Shown: piece by piece, positions 48,028 to 56,910 of the stretch
Position numbering within the stretch: the stretch's first letter is position 1
How the letters are laid out: every line of letters starts with the position of its first letter
Notes under the pieces: generated by a model
Seen by the model: the letters and a program-made list of their open reading frames with translations, nothing else
The model's database searches: none
What the model was told of the DNA's origin: nothing
Origin: Thermoanaerobaculia bacterium
Lineage (GTDB): Bacteria; Acidobacteriota; Thermoanaerobaculia; Multivoradales; JAIOJS01
Assembly (NCBI GenBank): GCA_963806095.1
Contig: CAWDWV010000002.1
Span: 3,181,949 to 3,245,948, forward strand
DNA length: 64,000 nt
Direction of reading: 5' to 3'
Program-made: the position numbers and the translations under genes

Positions 48028-49506
48028 TCAACCGCCGGCGAAACGCAGCAGGATGAGGTGGGTCTCGCCCTTGTCGTCGGGCGCCCACCAGAGCAGCTCG
48101 GCCTTGCGGTCGCCGTCGACGTCGACGAGCTCCCACCGCGGCGACGGCAGGCGCGGCGGTTCAGGAAGCTCGGGAGTCGGCGCCGGCTGCGCTCCCGCTT
48201 TCGCAGAAGGTGCCGGCGTGCCTGCCGGCCTCGCGGTCGGAGCCGGCGCCGCGGCGCCCTCGCGGCTCGTCTCGGTGCGCGCACCGCCCGTCCCCACGGA
48301 GACTTCGACCGTGCGGCGCGAGGGCCGCTCGGTGCCGTCGACCTTCACCTGCAGCGTCGGCTTCTTCGCGGGCAGGCCCGTCGAGGTGTTGCCGGAGTGC
48401 ACGGCGAGCTTGCCGCCGCCCAGCGTCACCAGGTCCGGGCGTCCGTCACCGTCGACGTCAGAGCCGTAACGCCAGTCGAGGTCGTCGGCGGCGGGGAACG
48501 ATGCCGTCAGCGGCTCGGCGCGCAGGCGTCCGCCGCCCATGCCGCGGAAGAGCGTCACCGTAACCTCGCCGCCGCCGAGCCCCTCGGCCGCGGCGATCGC
48601 CAGGTCGTCGCGGCCGTCGCCGTCGAAGTCGCCTGCCGTCGCCTGCAGCTCCTGCCAGGCGCGCGCCGAGAGCTCGCGCGCGAGCAGCGGGCGCCGCGGC
48701 GCCGCGCCGGGCTCCCCCACCAGCGCGAAGACGCGCAGCCGCTTGCGGCTCATCACGCCGAGGCCGCGGAAGCTGCCGACGACGAGCGTCGGGCGGCCGT
48801 CGAGCAGGACCACCGTCGAGTCCGCGACGCGTTCGGGCTCGGGGAGCTCGGAGGTGAGCTCCTGGCGCTCGCCGCCGGGGCCCAACAGCACGGTGCGCAG
48901 GTGGACACCCTCTTGCGCCGGACCGACCGCGAGCCAGTCGCCGACGAACCGCGCCTCAGGGCTCTCCAGGTGCAGGCCCCAGCGCTGCAGCGACGCCTCG
49001 ACGGGCACCGCTCGCGGCTCGCCGGCCTGCAGCGCGTCGCCGGTGCGGGTGAGCCGGCGGACCTCGCCGGCGCCGCCGGCGGCGAGCCAAGGCGGGCGCG
49101 GCGCGATGCGGTCGTCGTCGCCGACGACGAGGATGCCGGGCCCGCCGAACACTTCGCGGCGCCCGGCATCGAGGGCGAGGACGCGCCGGCCGTCGGCGAC
49201 GAGGGCGCCGCTGCCGTCGTTCGCCGGCATCGCCACCACGGTCGCCGTCGTCGCCGGCAGGTCAGCGGCGAGGGTCACCAGCTTGCCGCCCTCGGCCGTC
49301 CAGCGCAGCTCGAGCAGCCGGCGCGGCGCCTTCCCTTCCTTCCCTTCCTTCCCTTCCCCACTCACGAGGAGGTAGACGCGGCCGTCGCCCGCCGCGCCAC
49401 GCAGCAGCTTGCCGGCGAAGCGAAAGTCGGCGCGCTCCAGCGCCTGCGCGCCAGCGGCGAGCGACGACGCGACGACGAGCGCTGCCGCGACGGCGCGGCG
49501 TCTCAC
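48028..49506 (-). CDS. Secreted FG-GAP/VCBS-repeat protein 1
   Basis: Signal peptide. GDFDGDGRDDLAI, SDVDGDGRPDLVT, VDVDGDRKAELLWW. The GTG start overlaps the upstream stop (GTGA). Confidence 0.8.
   Translation of the reverse strand: MRRRAVAAALVVASSLAAGAQALERADFRFAGKLLRGAAGDGRVYLLVSGEGKEGKEGKAPRRLLELRWTAEGGKLVTLAADLPATTATVVAMPANDGSGALVADGRRVLALDAGRREVFGGPGILVVGDDDRIAPRPPWLAAGGAGEVRRLTRTGDALQAGEPRAVPVEASLQRWGLHLESPEARFVGDWLAVGPAQEGVHLRTVLLGPGGERQELTSELPEPERVADSTVVLLDGRPTLVVGSFRGLGVMSRKRLRVFALVGEPGAAPRRPLLARELSARAWQELQATAGDFDGDGRDDLAIAAAEGLGGGEVTVTLFRGMGGGRLRAEPLTASFPAADDLDWRYGSDVDGDGRPDLVTLGGGKLAVHSGNTSTGLPAKKPTLQVKVDGTERPSRRTVEVSVGTGGARTETSREGAAAPAPTARPAGTPAPSAKAGAQPAPTPELPEPPRLPSPRWELVDVDGDRKAELLWWAPDDKGETHLILLRFAGG
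49331..49357 (-). repeat. Perfect 3 x 9-bp tandem repeat inside FG-GAP gene 1
   Basis: TTCCCTTCC x3 on the plus strand, which encodes EGKEGKEGK on the minus strand. Confidence 0.9.
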
Positions 49507-51194
49507 GATGCGCCCCCGCTCAAGTACAGGTCGAGCCGCGCCGGCGGCGTCACGCCGCGCTCCGGCGCTGCGCCGGGCTGCACCACCATCAGGTCCGAGC
49601 GTCCGTCGCCGTCGAGGTCGCGCACGCGCACCAGGCCGAGGTGCTGCGGCTCCTGCCGCAGCTTCAGCGTCAGGTCGGGCGACGCCGGGAAGCCGCAGCC
49701 GGGCCGGCCGGTGTGGATGGTCACCTGCTTGCCGCGCCCGAGCTGTACGAAGTCAACGCGTTTGTCGCCGTCGAAGTCGCCGCCAAACGACGGCAGGTTG
49801 CGCAGCGTCAGGGAGGCGAGGTCGACGCGGAAGCTCCCCGAGAGGTCGAGACCTTTGACCGCCTTGAAGCCTCCCGCAGGCGTCTGGCACCAGACGAGGA
49901 AGTCCATCGGCAACGTGACGCGGCCGATCGTGAGCCCGCCGAGGAGTCGCGTGATCGAGATGCGCAGCTCGATCGTCACCAGGTCGAGCCGGCCGTCGCC
50001 GTCGAGGTCCTGCATCCCGCCGGGGAGCTCGAAGTCGCTGTTCTGCCCTTCGAACGCATGGCCGCGCACCTCGAAGGTCGTCGCCGGCGCGGCGGCCGGC
50101 TCGAGGTCCGTCGTCGCGAACACGCGCACGGTGCTGCGCGGCGACTCGGCGTCGCGGATCTCGGCGCGCATGCCGGCGTCCTCGCCGATCTCGTGCGTCT
50201 GCTGCGTCACCACCTCGGCACGGCCGTCGCCGTCGAGGTCGCCGAAGAACATCGTCACCGGCACGCCTTCCGGCCTCGGCTCCCGACGCTCCGGGCGTTC
50301 CGACCGTTCCGGCGGCTCCGGCAGCGGCGCCACCGGCGCGTCGAAGCGCCCGCCGCCGCGGCCGCGCGCCACCCACGGCCGCTGCCAGCCCTGGCGCGGA
50401 TCGCGCCAGACCAGGTCGACGATGCGGTCGCCGTCGACGTCGCGAGCTTCCGGCAACGGATAGCGCAGCTCGAGGCCGGGCCCTTCCACCTCGTCGGCGG
50501 CGGGCAGCGGCACTCGCGCCACCGGCTCGCCGGCGAACGCATCGCCCTCGCCGGCGTAGACGTACAGCGCCTCGCGCGCCGGCAGCAGCAGGTCGGGCCG
50601 GCCGTCGCCGGTGAGCTCGGCGAAGAGCACCAGGTCGGCGACGAAGACGCCGGAGCCGGCGAGCAGCGAGCGCTGCCGCACCCGCTCGACGAGCGCCAGA
50701 CCGCCCTTCCAGGTCACCTCGCCGACGCCGTCGTCGGTCAACGCGAAGAGGCGACGGCCGCCGGGGCCCGCCGCCAGCGAGTGCACCGAGAGCGGCACCG
50801 GCAGCGGCTCGCCGGCGCGCGCATAGCCACCCTTGCCGTCGCCGCGGAAGAACCACAGCTCGCGGCGGTCGAGCAGCGCCGGCACGATGGTCAACACCTC
50901 GACGAAGCCCTGCACCTCGTCCATCTCCGAGCGCTCGGTGACCATCGTCTGCTCCCAGCGGGTGAACACCAGGAGGATCGCGAGGTCGCGCGCGCCGTCG
51001 CCGTCGAGGTCGGTGGAGACGACGGCCGCCGGCGAGGCGGGGAGCTCGAGAGAGAGCTCGCGCAGCCGCAGCGCCGCGCCCGCGGCGCCGCGCGACGACG
51101 CCAGCGCGACGAGGATCGCGGCGACGGCAACGGAGATCGCGGCGCGCGGCTTTCCCATCGGCGTGCCCACCATACGCAGCGCGCCGCGGATCAT
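49503..51194 (-). CDS. Secreted FG-GAP/VCBS-repeat protein 2
   Basis: This is the real part of track ORF 49503..52124. Seven D-x-D-G-D-G-R-x-D-L type repeats (TDLDGDGARDLAI, LTGDGRPDLLL, DVDGDRIVDLVW, GDLDGDGRAEVV, QDLDGDGRLDLVT, GDFDGDKRVDFV, RDLDGDGRSDLMV). Candidate starts are at 51221, 51194, 51173 and 51158. Confidence 0.8.
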   Translation of the reverse strand: MIRGALRMVGTPMGKPRAAISVAVAAILVALASSRGAAGAALRLRELSLELPASPAAVVSTDLDGDGARDLAILLVFTRWEQTMVTERSEMDEVQGFVEVLTIVPALLDRRELWFFRGDGKGGYARAGEPLPVPLSVHSLAAGPGGRRLFALTDDGVGEVTWKGGLALVERVRQRSLLAGSGVFVADLVLFAELTGDGRPDLLLPAREALYVYAGEGDAFAGEPVARVPLPAADEVEGPGLELRYPLPEARDVDGDRIVDLVWRDPRQGWQRPWVARGRGGGRFDAPVAPLPEPPERSERPERREPRPEGVPVTMFFGDLDGDGRAEVVTQQTHEIGEDAGMRAEIRDAESPRSTVRVFATTDLEPAAAPATTFEVRGHAFEGQNSDFELPGGMQDLDGDGRLDLVTIELRISITRLLGGLTIGRVTLPMDFLVWCQTPAGGFKAVKGLDLSGSFRVDLASLTLRNLPSFGGDFDGDKRVDFVQLGRGKQVTIHTGRPGCGFPASPDLTLKLRQEPQHLGLVRVRDLDGDGRSDLMVVQPGAAPERGVTPPARLDLYLSGGAS

Positions 51195-51244
51195 GAACAA
51201 CCGCGCGACCGGCGCGGCCATGGACCTTCCGCCGGCGGTGCCCC

Positions 51245-53947
51245 TCAGCTCCCCGACCGACCCGGCCGCGCCACCTCCGGCACCCCCTCGGCCACGGTCA
51301 GGTTGGTGGCCTGCTCGCGGAACGACACCGTGATGCGGGCGCCGTCGCGCGAGACGCCGAAGCTCTCCACCTCGCCCTGGTCCTCCGAGGTCACCAGCAG
51401 GCGCACCAGCACGTCGGCCGCCGGCGGCATTTCCGGCGTGAAGGGGCGCTCGAAGATCGCCACCCGCCCCTGCGCGTCGAGGCCGACGAAGAGGATGGCG
51501 CGGCCATCCGGCCGCCAGCGGGCGCGGCCGAGGGCGATGTCGAGCTCGTCGGTCACCCGCCGCGAGCGCGGATCGCCGAGCGGGATCGCCGCCGCGCGCC
51601 CGACCGCGCTGCCGTCGGCGAGACGCACGACGTGGACCTCCTCCACGTCGCCGGCGCGTGCGTGGTACAGCACGTAGCGCCCGTCGGGCGACGCCTCGGG
51701 GTGCGCGGCCTCGGCGCTCGCCACCAGCCGCGACGTCCCGGTGCCGTCGAAGCGCACCTTCCACACCCCCTGCTGCCGCGGGTGGCTGGAGACGTAGACC
51801 ACCCAGCCGTCGGCGGTGGCGGTCGGGTTCTCGGCATCGAACCCGTCGCGGCTGAGCTGCCGCGGCGCGTTGCCGTCGGGCTCGGCGGCCCAGACCTCGA
51901 AGTGGCCGCCGCGGTTGGAGCTCCACAGCAAGTGGCGGCCGTCCGGGGTGAAGGCGGGGTCCCAGTCCTCGCCGGGGTCGTCGGTCAGGCGGCGCACCGC
52001 ACCCGAGCGCGTCGAGACCGACCAGAGGTCGAGGTTGCCGCCGCGGGTGGAGGCGAACGCCACCCACTCGCCGTCGGGCGAGTAGACGGGCTGGCGATCG
52101 ACGCTCGTCCCCCTGCTCAACCAACGTGGAGGCGCGCCGCCTTCCAGCGTGCTCTCACGCAGGTTCTGTCGGCGGTTGAGTGTAGTGAGCACCACCCTTC
52201 CCGCCGCCAGCACCTCGAGGCTCGGCACCGTGTAGGGCACCCACATCAACGTCCGCTCGGCGCCGCCACTCCCGGCACCCTTGCGCAACACCAGCTGGCT
52301 GCTCGGCAGCCGCGCGCCGGCCCCCTCGGCGAGCGCGTAGAGGAGGTCGCCGCGCGGCGTCCAGGCGAGCGACCAGACGACGCCGGGGACGCGCACCTCC
52401 TCGCGCTGCTTCGACCGCGGGTCGACGAGCAGGATGGCATCGGCCCCGCGGATGGTGCCCGAACGCAACAGCGCCAGCCGCCGCCCGTCGGGCGACCAGC
52501 GCGGCGACTCCAGCTTGAGGGAGTCCTTCAGCAGCGTCGTCTCGTTGCCGCCGCCGTCGGGGCGCACCATGACCACCGACCACCCTCTGCCGGCGCCGCC
52601 GCGCAGCAGGGCGAGCGACGAGCCGTCGGGCGACCAGTCGCCGGCGGCGGCATCGCTCACCAGCCGCCGCGGCTCGCCGCCGAGGGTCGCCACGCGCCAG
52701 AGGTCGCCGCCGCCACCCTCGCGCCGGCGCACGAAGAGCACCGAGGCGCCGTCGGGCGAGAAGCGCGGCAGCGAGTCGGGCCCTTCGGTGAGCGCCACCT
52801 CGTCGCCGGTCGTCGTCTGCCGCAGCCAGATGCGCGAGCGGCCATCGCGCTCGGAGGCGAAGGCGAGCAGGCGCCCGTCGGGCGAGGCGGCCGGCCAGGC
52901 GTCGCTCCCCGAGTAGGTCAGGGCCTGCAGCCGGCTCGGCATCGGCGCCGGCGCCCGCCCGAGCCACCAGCCGAGGAGCAGACCACCGGCGAGGCAGGCG
53001 GCGGCCACCGCCGGCCACCTGAGCCGCGCGCGGCGCGAGCGCTCCATCGCCGGCAGCGCCGCCTGCGACTGCGACCCGCTGCTCCCCTCGCCGCCCAGCA
53101 CCTCGAGCGCGAAGGCGAGGTCGCGGGCGCTCTGGAAGCGCTCCTCGGGCCGCCGCTCGAGGCAGCGCAGGACCAGCCGCGCGAGCGCCGGCGTCACCGG
53201 CTGCCCGGCGCCGTCGGGCACGCCGGCGAGGGGGGCCGGCTCCTCGCGCAGCACGGCGGCCATCGCCTCGACGACGCTGTCGCGCTGGAACGGCGTCGAG
53301 CCGGTGAGCATCTCGAACAGCACGCAGCCGAGTGAGAAGACGTCCGAGCGCGCGTCCACCGCCTCGCCGCAGAGCTGCTCGGGCGACATGTAGCCGACGG
53401 TGCCCACCACGCGGCCGGGGTGGCTGTGCGCCATCGTCTTGCCGTGCTCGAGGCTGGCGCCGGAATTGTTGGTGGCGCGGGCGAGGCCGAAGTCGAGCAC
53501 CTTGACGCGGCCGTCGCGCACCAGGAAGAGGTTCTCGGGCTTGACGTCGCGGTGGACGATCCCCTTCTCGTGCGCCGCGGCGAGGCCGCGCGCCGTCTGC
53601 GCCGCGCAGTCGACGGCGCGGCGCCACGGCAGCGCGCCGCTCTGCAATCGCTCGCGCAGGGTGACGCCGTAGAGCAGCTCGGTGACCGCGTAGACGGTTC
53701 CGTCGTCGCTGGCGAAATCGTGCAGCGCGAGGATGTTGGGATCGGAGAGGGCGGCCACCGTGCGCGCTTCGCGCTCGAAGCGCGAGAGCGCCTGCTCGTC
53801 CTCGGCGAGGTGCGCCGGCAGCACCTTGATCGCCACCTCGCGGCCCAGCCGCGTGTCGCGCGCCCGCCACACCTCGCCCATGCCGCCGGCGCCGAGCGGC
53901 GCGACGATCTCGTAGGGGCCCAGGCGCTTGCCGGCGGCGATGCTCAT
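51245..53947 (-). CDS. Ser/Thr protein kinase - TM - PD40/TolB-like beta-propeller protein (paralog 2), intact
   Basis: [44 protein letters not shown] helix is WPAVAAACLAGGLLLGWWLG. There are at least 10 PD40-like repeats (SPDGRLLAFASERDGRSRIW, YSPDGEWVAFASTRGGNLDLWSV, WSSNRGGHFEVW..). Confidence 0.9.
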   Translation of the reverse strand: MSIAAGKRLGPYEIVAPLGAGGMGEVWRARDTRLGREVAIKVLPAHLAEDEQALSRFEREARTVAALSDPNILALHDFASDDGTVYAVTELLYGVTLRERLQSGALPWRRAVDCAAQTARGLAAAHEKGIVHRDVKPENLFLVRDGRVKVLDFGLARATNNSGASLEHGKTMAHSHPGRVVGTVGYMSPEQLCGEAVDARSDVFSLGCVLFEMLTGSTPFQRDSVVEAMAAVLREEPAPLAGVPDGAGQPVTPALARLVLRCLERRPEERFQSARDLAFALEVLGGEGSSGSQSQAALPAMERSRRARLRWPAVAAACLAGGLLLGWWLGRAPAPMPSRLQALTYSGSDAWPAASPDGRLLAFASERDGRSRIWLRQTTTGDEVALTEGPDSLPRFSPDGASVLFVRRREGGGGDLWRVATLGGEPRRLVSDAAAGDWSPDGSSLALLRGGAGRGWSVVMVRPDGGGNETTLLKDSLKLESPRWSPDGRRLALLRSGTIRGADAILLVDPRSKQREEVRVPGVVWSLAWTPRGDLLYALAEGAGARLPSSQLVLRKGAGSGGAERTLMWVPYTVPSLEVLAAGRVVLTTLNRRQNLRESTLEGGAPPRWLSRGTSVDRQPVYSPDGEWVAFASTRGGNLDLWSVSTRSGAVRRLTDDPGEDWDPAFTPDGRHLLWSSNRGGHFEVWAAEPDGNAPRQLSRDGFDAENPTATADGWVVYVSSHPRQQGVWKVRFDGTGTSRLVASAEAAHPEASPDGRYVLYHARAGDVEEVHVVRLADGSAVGRAAAIPLGDPRSRRVTDELDIALGRARWRPDGRAILFVGLDAQGRVAIFERPFTPEMPPAADVLVRLLVTSEDQGEVESFGVSRDGARITVSFREQATNLTVAEGVPEVARPGRSGS

Positions 53948-56721
53948 CGCACGGTCACGCGCGAGGGCGCCGGCAGCTCAGGCACGCCTTCGGCCACCAC
54001 CAGGTTGGGAGTGCGCTCGATGAAGGAGATCAGTAGCCGCGCTCCGTCGGGCGCGACGCCCAGCGACTCGGTGATCAGCTCGCCCTCGGAGAGCGCCACC
54101 ACGCGCCGCTCGGCGGTGGTTTCGCGGCCGGGCGCGAACGGCTGCTCGAAGACGGCGAAGCGGCCGTCGGGCGTGAGGCCGACAAAGAAGATCGCCTTGC
54201 CGTCGGGGCGCCAGCGAGCGCGGCCGGGCGCCACCGGCAGCGCCGAAAAGCCGAACGACACGGGAAGGTTGCGGAAGGGGATGGCAACGCGAAACGGCAC
54301 GGCGCTGCCGTCCTCGACCTGCGCGACGCGGATCTCCTCGCGGTCCTCCACCGGCGCGTGGTAGAGCACGTAGCGGCCGTCGGGCGAGGTCTCCGGGTGG
54401 TTGGTGACGCCGGGCACCAGGAGGCGCGCGCCGCCGCCGTCGAGCCGCAGGCGCCAGATGCCACGCCGGCCGGGGGTGCCCGAGCCGTAGAGCACCCAGC
54501 CGCTCGCGGTGGCGGTCGGGTTCTCGGCGTCGCCGCCGTCGTGGGACAGCTGCCGCGCGGCGCGGCCGTCGGCTTCGGCGATCCAGATCTCGAAGTGGCC
54601 GCCGCGATCGGAGCTCCACAGCAGGTGCTTGCCGTCGGGCGTGAAGGCGGGGTCCCAGTCCTCCGCCGGGTCGTCGGTGAGGCGGTGCACGGAGCGGTCG
54701 GCGATCGACATCGACCAGAGGTCGAGGTTGCCGCCGCGGCTGGACGAGAACACCACCCGATCGCTGCCCGGCGCGTACACCGGCTGGCGGTCGACGCTGG
54801 TGCCGCGCGACAACCAGCGGCCGGCGTCGGCCACTGTCGCGTCGTCGCCGGAGGGCGCGGCGGCGAGCGGTACCTCGCGCAGGTTCTGGCGCGGCACGAC
54901 GGCGGTGAAAACGAGTCGGCCCGCGCCGAGCACGTCGAGGCTCGGCACCACATACGGCACCCACAGCAACGTCTCGAGGCGGTCGTTGGCGAGGTCATAG
55001 CCGACCAGCCGGCTGCTCGGCGTGCGCGCTCCGGCGCCCTCGGGCACGGCGAGGACCAGCGTCTGCTCGCCCGTCCAGCCCAGCGCCGAGATGGCGCCGC
55101 CCCCCGGCAACCGCAGCACGCGCTCGTCGCCGCCGTAGCGCGCGTCGAGCAGCAGCACGCTGTCGGCGGCGCCGGCGAGCGAGCTGCGGCGCAGCACCGC
55201 CACCCAGCGGCCGTCGGGCGACCAGCGCAGCTGCGCCAGCGGCAGCGGGTTCTCGCGCGACAGGCGCCGTTCCTCGCCGCCGTCGCTCGCCGCCATGCCG
55301 ACCAGCCAGCGCGTGCGCGAGAGGCTGCGGATGAAGGCGATGCGCTTGCCGTCGGGCGACCAGTCGCCGCTCACCGCATCCGGCACCAGCCGCTTCGCCT
55401 CGCCGCCCACCGCCGCCACCCGCAACAGGTCGCTCCCCGCCTCGCGCCGCCGCACGAAGAGCAGCGAGGCGCCGTCGGGCGAGAAGCGGGGCACGGCGTC
55501 GACGCCCTCGGTGACCGCCACCTCGTCGCCGCTGCTCATCTGCCGCAGCCAGATGCGCGGGCGGCCGTCGCGGTCGGAGGTGAAGGCGACGAGCTTGCCG
55601 TCGGGCGAGGCGGTCGGCCACGAGTCGTTGCCCGAGTGGGTGAGCACGCGCAGCCGCGTCGGTGCCGGCTGCCGCCGCGCGGCGAGCCACGCCGCGCCCA
55701 GCCCGCCGAGCAGCAGGCCGACCGCGAGGGCGGCGAGCAGCGCGCCGGCGCCGGCGCTCCTGCGTCGCCGCGCCGGCAGCGCCTCGACCACCGCACTCGG
55801 CGCGGTGCCGCTCCCCTCGCTCGCCAGCACCTCGAGCTGGAAGGCGAGGTCGCGGGCGCTCTCGAAGCGTTCTTCGGGCGCCTTCTCCAGGCAGTGCCGC
55901 ACCACCCGCGCGAAAGCCGGCGGCACGCGGCGCGTGAAGCTGCCGCCGACCACCGCGTCGAGACCGTCGGGCTCCTCGCGCAGCACCGCCACCACGGTTT
56001 CCGCCACCGACTCGCGGTGGAACGGCCGCTCGCCGGTGAGCATCTCGTAGAGCACGCAGCCGAGCGAGAAGAGGTCCGAGCGCGCGTCGACCGCCTCGCC
56101 GCACACCTGCTCGGGCGACATGTAGCCCATGGTGCCGAGAACGCGCCCGGCCTCGGTGCGCACGTGCGCGGTCACCGCCTCGCTGTCGTCGGTGGGCAGC
56201 GGCGCCTCGTAGAGGGCGACGCCGAAGTCGAGCACGGTGACGCGGCCGTCGCGGGTGAGGAAGAGGTTCTCGGGCTTGAGGTCGCGGTGCACGATCCCCT
56301 TGTCGTGCGCCGCCGCCAGGCCGCGGGCGATCTGCGCCCCCCACTCCGCCACCTTGCGCGGCGGGATCGGGCCCTGTCGCAATCGGTCACGCAGCGTCTC
56401 GCCCTCGAGTAGCTCGGTGACGGTGTAGACGATTCCGGCGGAGCCCGGATGGCCGGGAGAGCCGGGATAGCCGTCGTCCTCGCGCCCGAAGTCGTGGAGG
56501 GCGAGCACGTTGGGGTGCGACAGCGCGGCGACGGCGCGCGCCTCGCGCTCGAAGCGGGCAAGCGCCTTGGGGTCGTCGGCGACGTGCGCCGGCAGCACTT
56601 TGACCGCCACCTCGCGGCCGAGACGGGTGTCGCGCGCGCGCCACACCTCTCCCATGCCGCCGGCGCCGAGCAGCGACACGATCTCGTATGGGCCGAGGCG
56701 GGAACCGGCGACGAGGCTCAT
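53944..56721 (-). CDS. Ser/Thr protein kinase - TM - PD40/TolB-like beta-propeller protein (paralog 3), intact
   Basis: Same architecture as paralog 2, with an extra GYPGSPGHPGSAG insert in the kinase N-lobe. Its stop overlaps the paralog 2 start (ATGA at 53944-53947). Confidence 0.9.
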   Translation of the reverse strand: MSLVAGSRLGPYEIVSLLGAGGMGEVWRARDTRLGREVAVKVLPAHVADDPKALARFEREARAVAALSHPNVLALHDFGREDDGYPGSPGHPGSAGIVYTVTELLEGETLRDRLRQGPIPPRKVAEWGAQIARGLAAAHDKGIVHRDLKPENLFLTRDGRVTVLDFGVALYEAPLPTDDSEAVTAHVRTEAGRVLGTMGYMSPEQVCGEAVDARSDLFSLGCVLYEMLTGERPFHRESVAETVVAVLREEPDGLDAVVGGSFTRRVPPAFARVVRHCLEKAPEERFESARDLAFQLEVLASEGSGTAPSAVVEALPARRRRSAGAGALLAALAVGLLLGGLGAAWLAARRQPAPTRLRVLTHSGNDSWPTASPDGKLVAFTSDRDGRPRIWLRQMSSGDEVAVTEGVDAVPRFSPDGASLLFVRRREAGSDLLRVAAVGGEAKRLVPDAVSGDWSPDGKRIAFIRSLSRTRWLVGMAASDGGEERRLSRENPLPLAQLRWSPDGRWVAVLRRSSLAGAADSVLLLDARYGGDERVLRLPGGGAISALGWTGEQTLVLAVPEGAGARTPSSRLVGYDLANDRLETLLWVPYVVPSLDVLGAGRLVFTAVVPRQNLREVPLAAAPSGDDATVADAGRWLSRGTSVDRQPVYAPGSDRVVFSSSRGGNLDLWSMSIADRSVHRLTDDPAEDWDPAFTPDGKHLLWSSDRGGHFEIWIAEADGRAARQLSHDGGDAENPTATASGWVLYGSGTPGRRGIWRLRLDGGGARLLVPGVTNHPETSPDGRYVLYHAPVEDREEIRVAQVEDGSAVPFRVAIPFRNLPVSFGFSALPVAPGRARWRPDGKAIFFVGLTPDGRFAVFEQPFAPGRETTAERRVVALSEGELITESLGVAPDGARLLISFIERTPNLVVAEGVPELPAPSRVTVR

Positions 56722-56910
56722 GCTCGGGAGCGATTCGCTCGCAGCGCTGCAGGTCTCAGACTTCCGCGGGAGACGCCGGCATCATAGACCGGAGTCTTTC
56801 GTTAGGAGCCGGCCTTGCCCTGCGCCGGCGGCGGGCGCCGACCGTCGTACCGCTGCCGGAGGGCCGTATACTCAAGGTCGAGCCTGTACGCACCACCAGA
56901 CGACGTCCTC

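Noticed and set aside
48058-56412. Long plus-strand ORFs (48058..50463, 49641..51677, 51632..53335, 54358..56412)
   Set aside because: They are antisense to the FG-GAP and kinase genes. Their Arg/Ala/Gly/His composition shows no kinase or repeat motifs.
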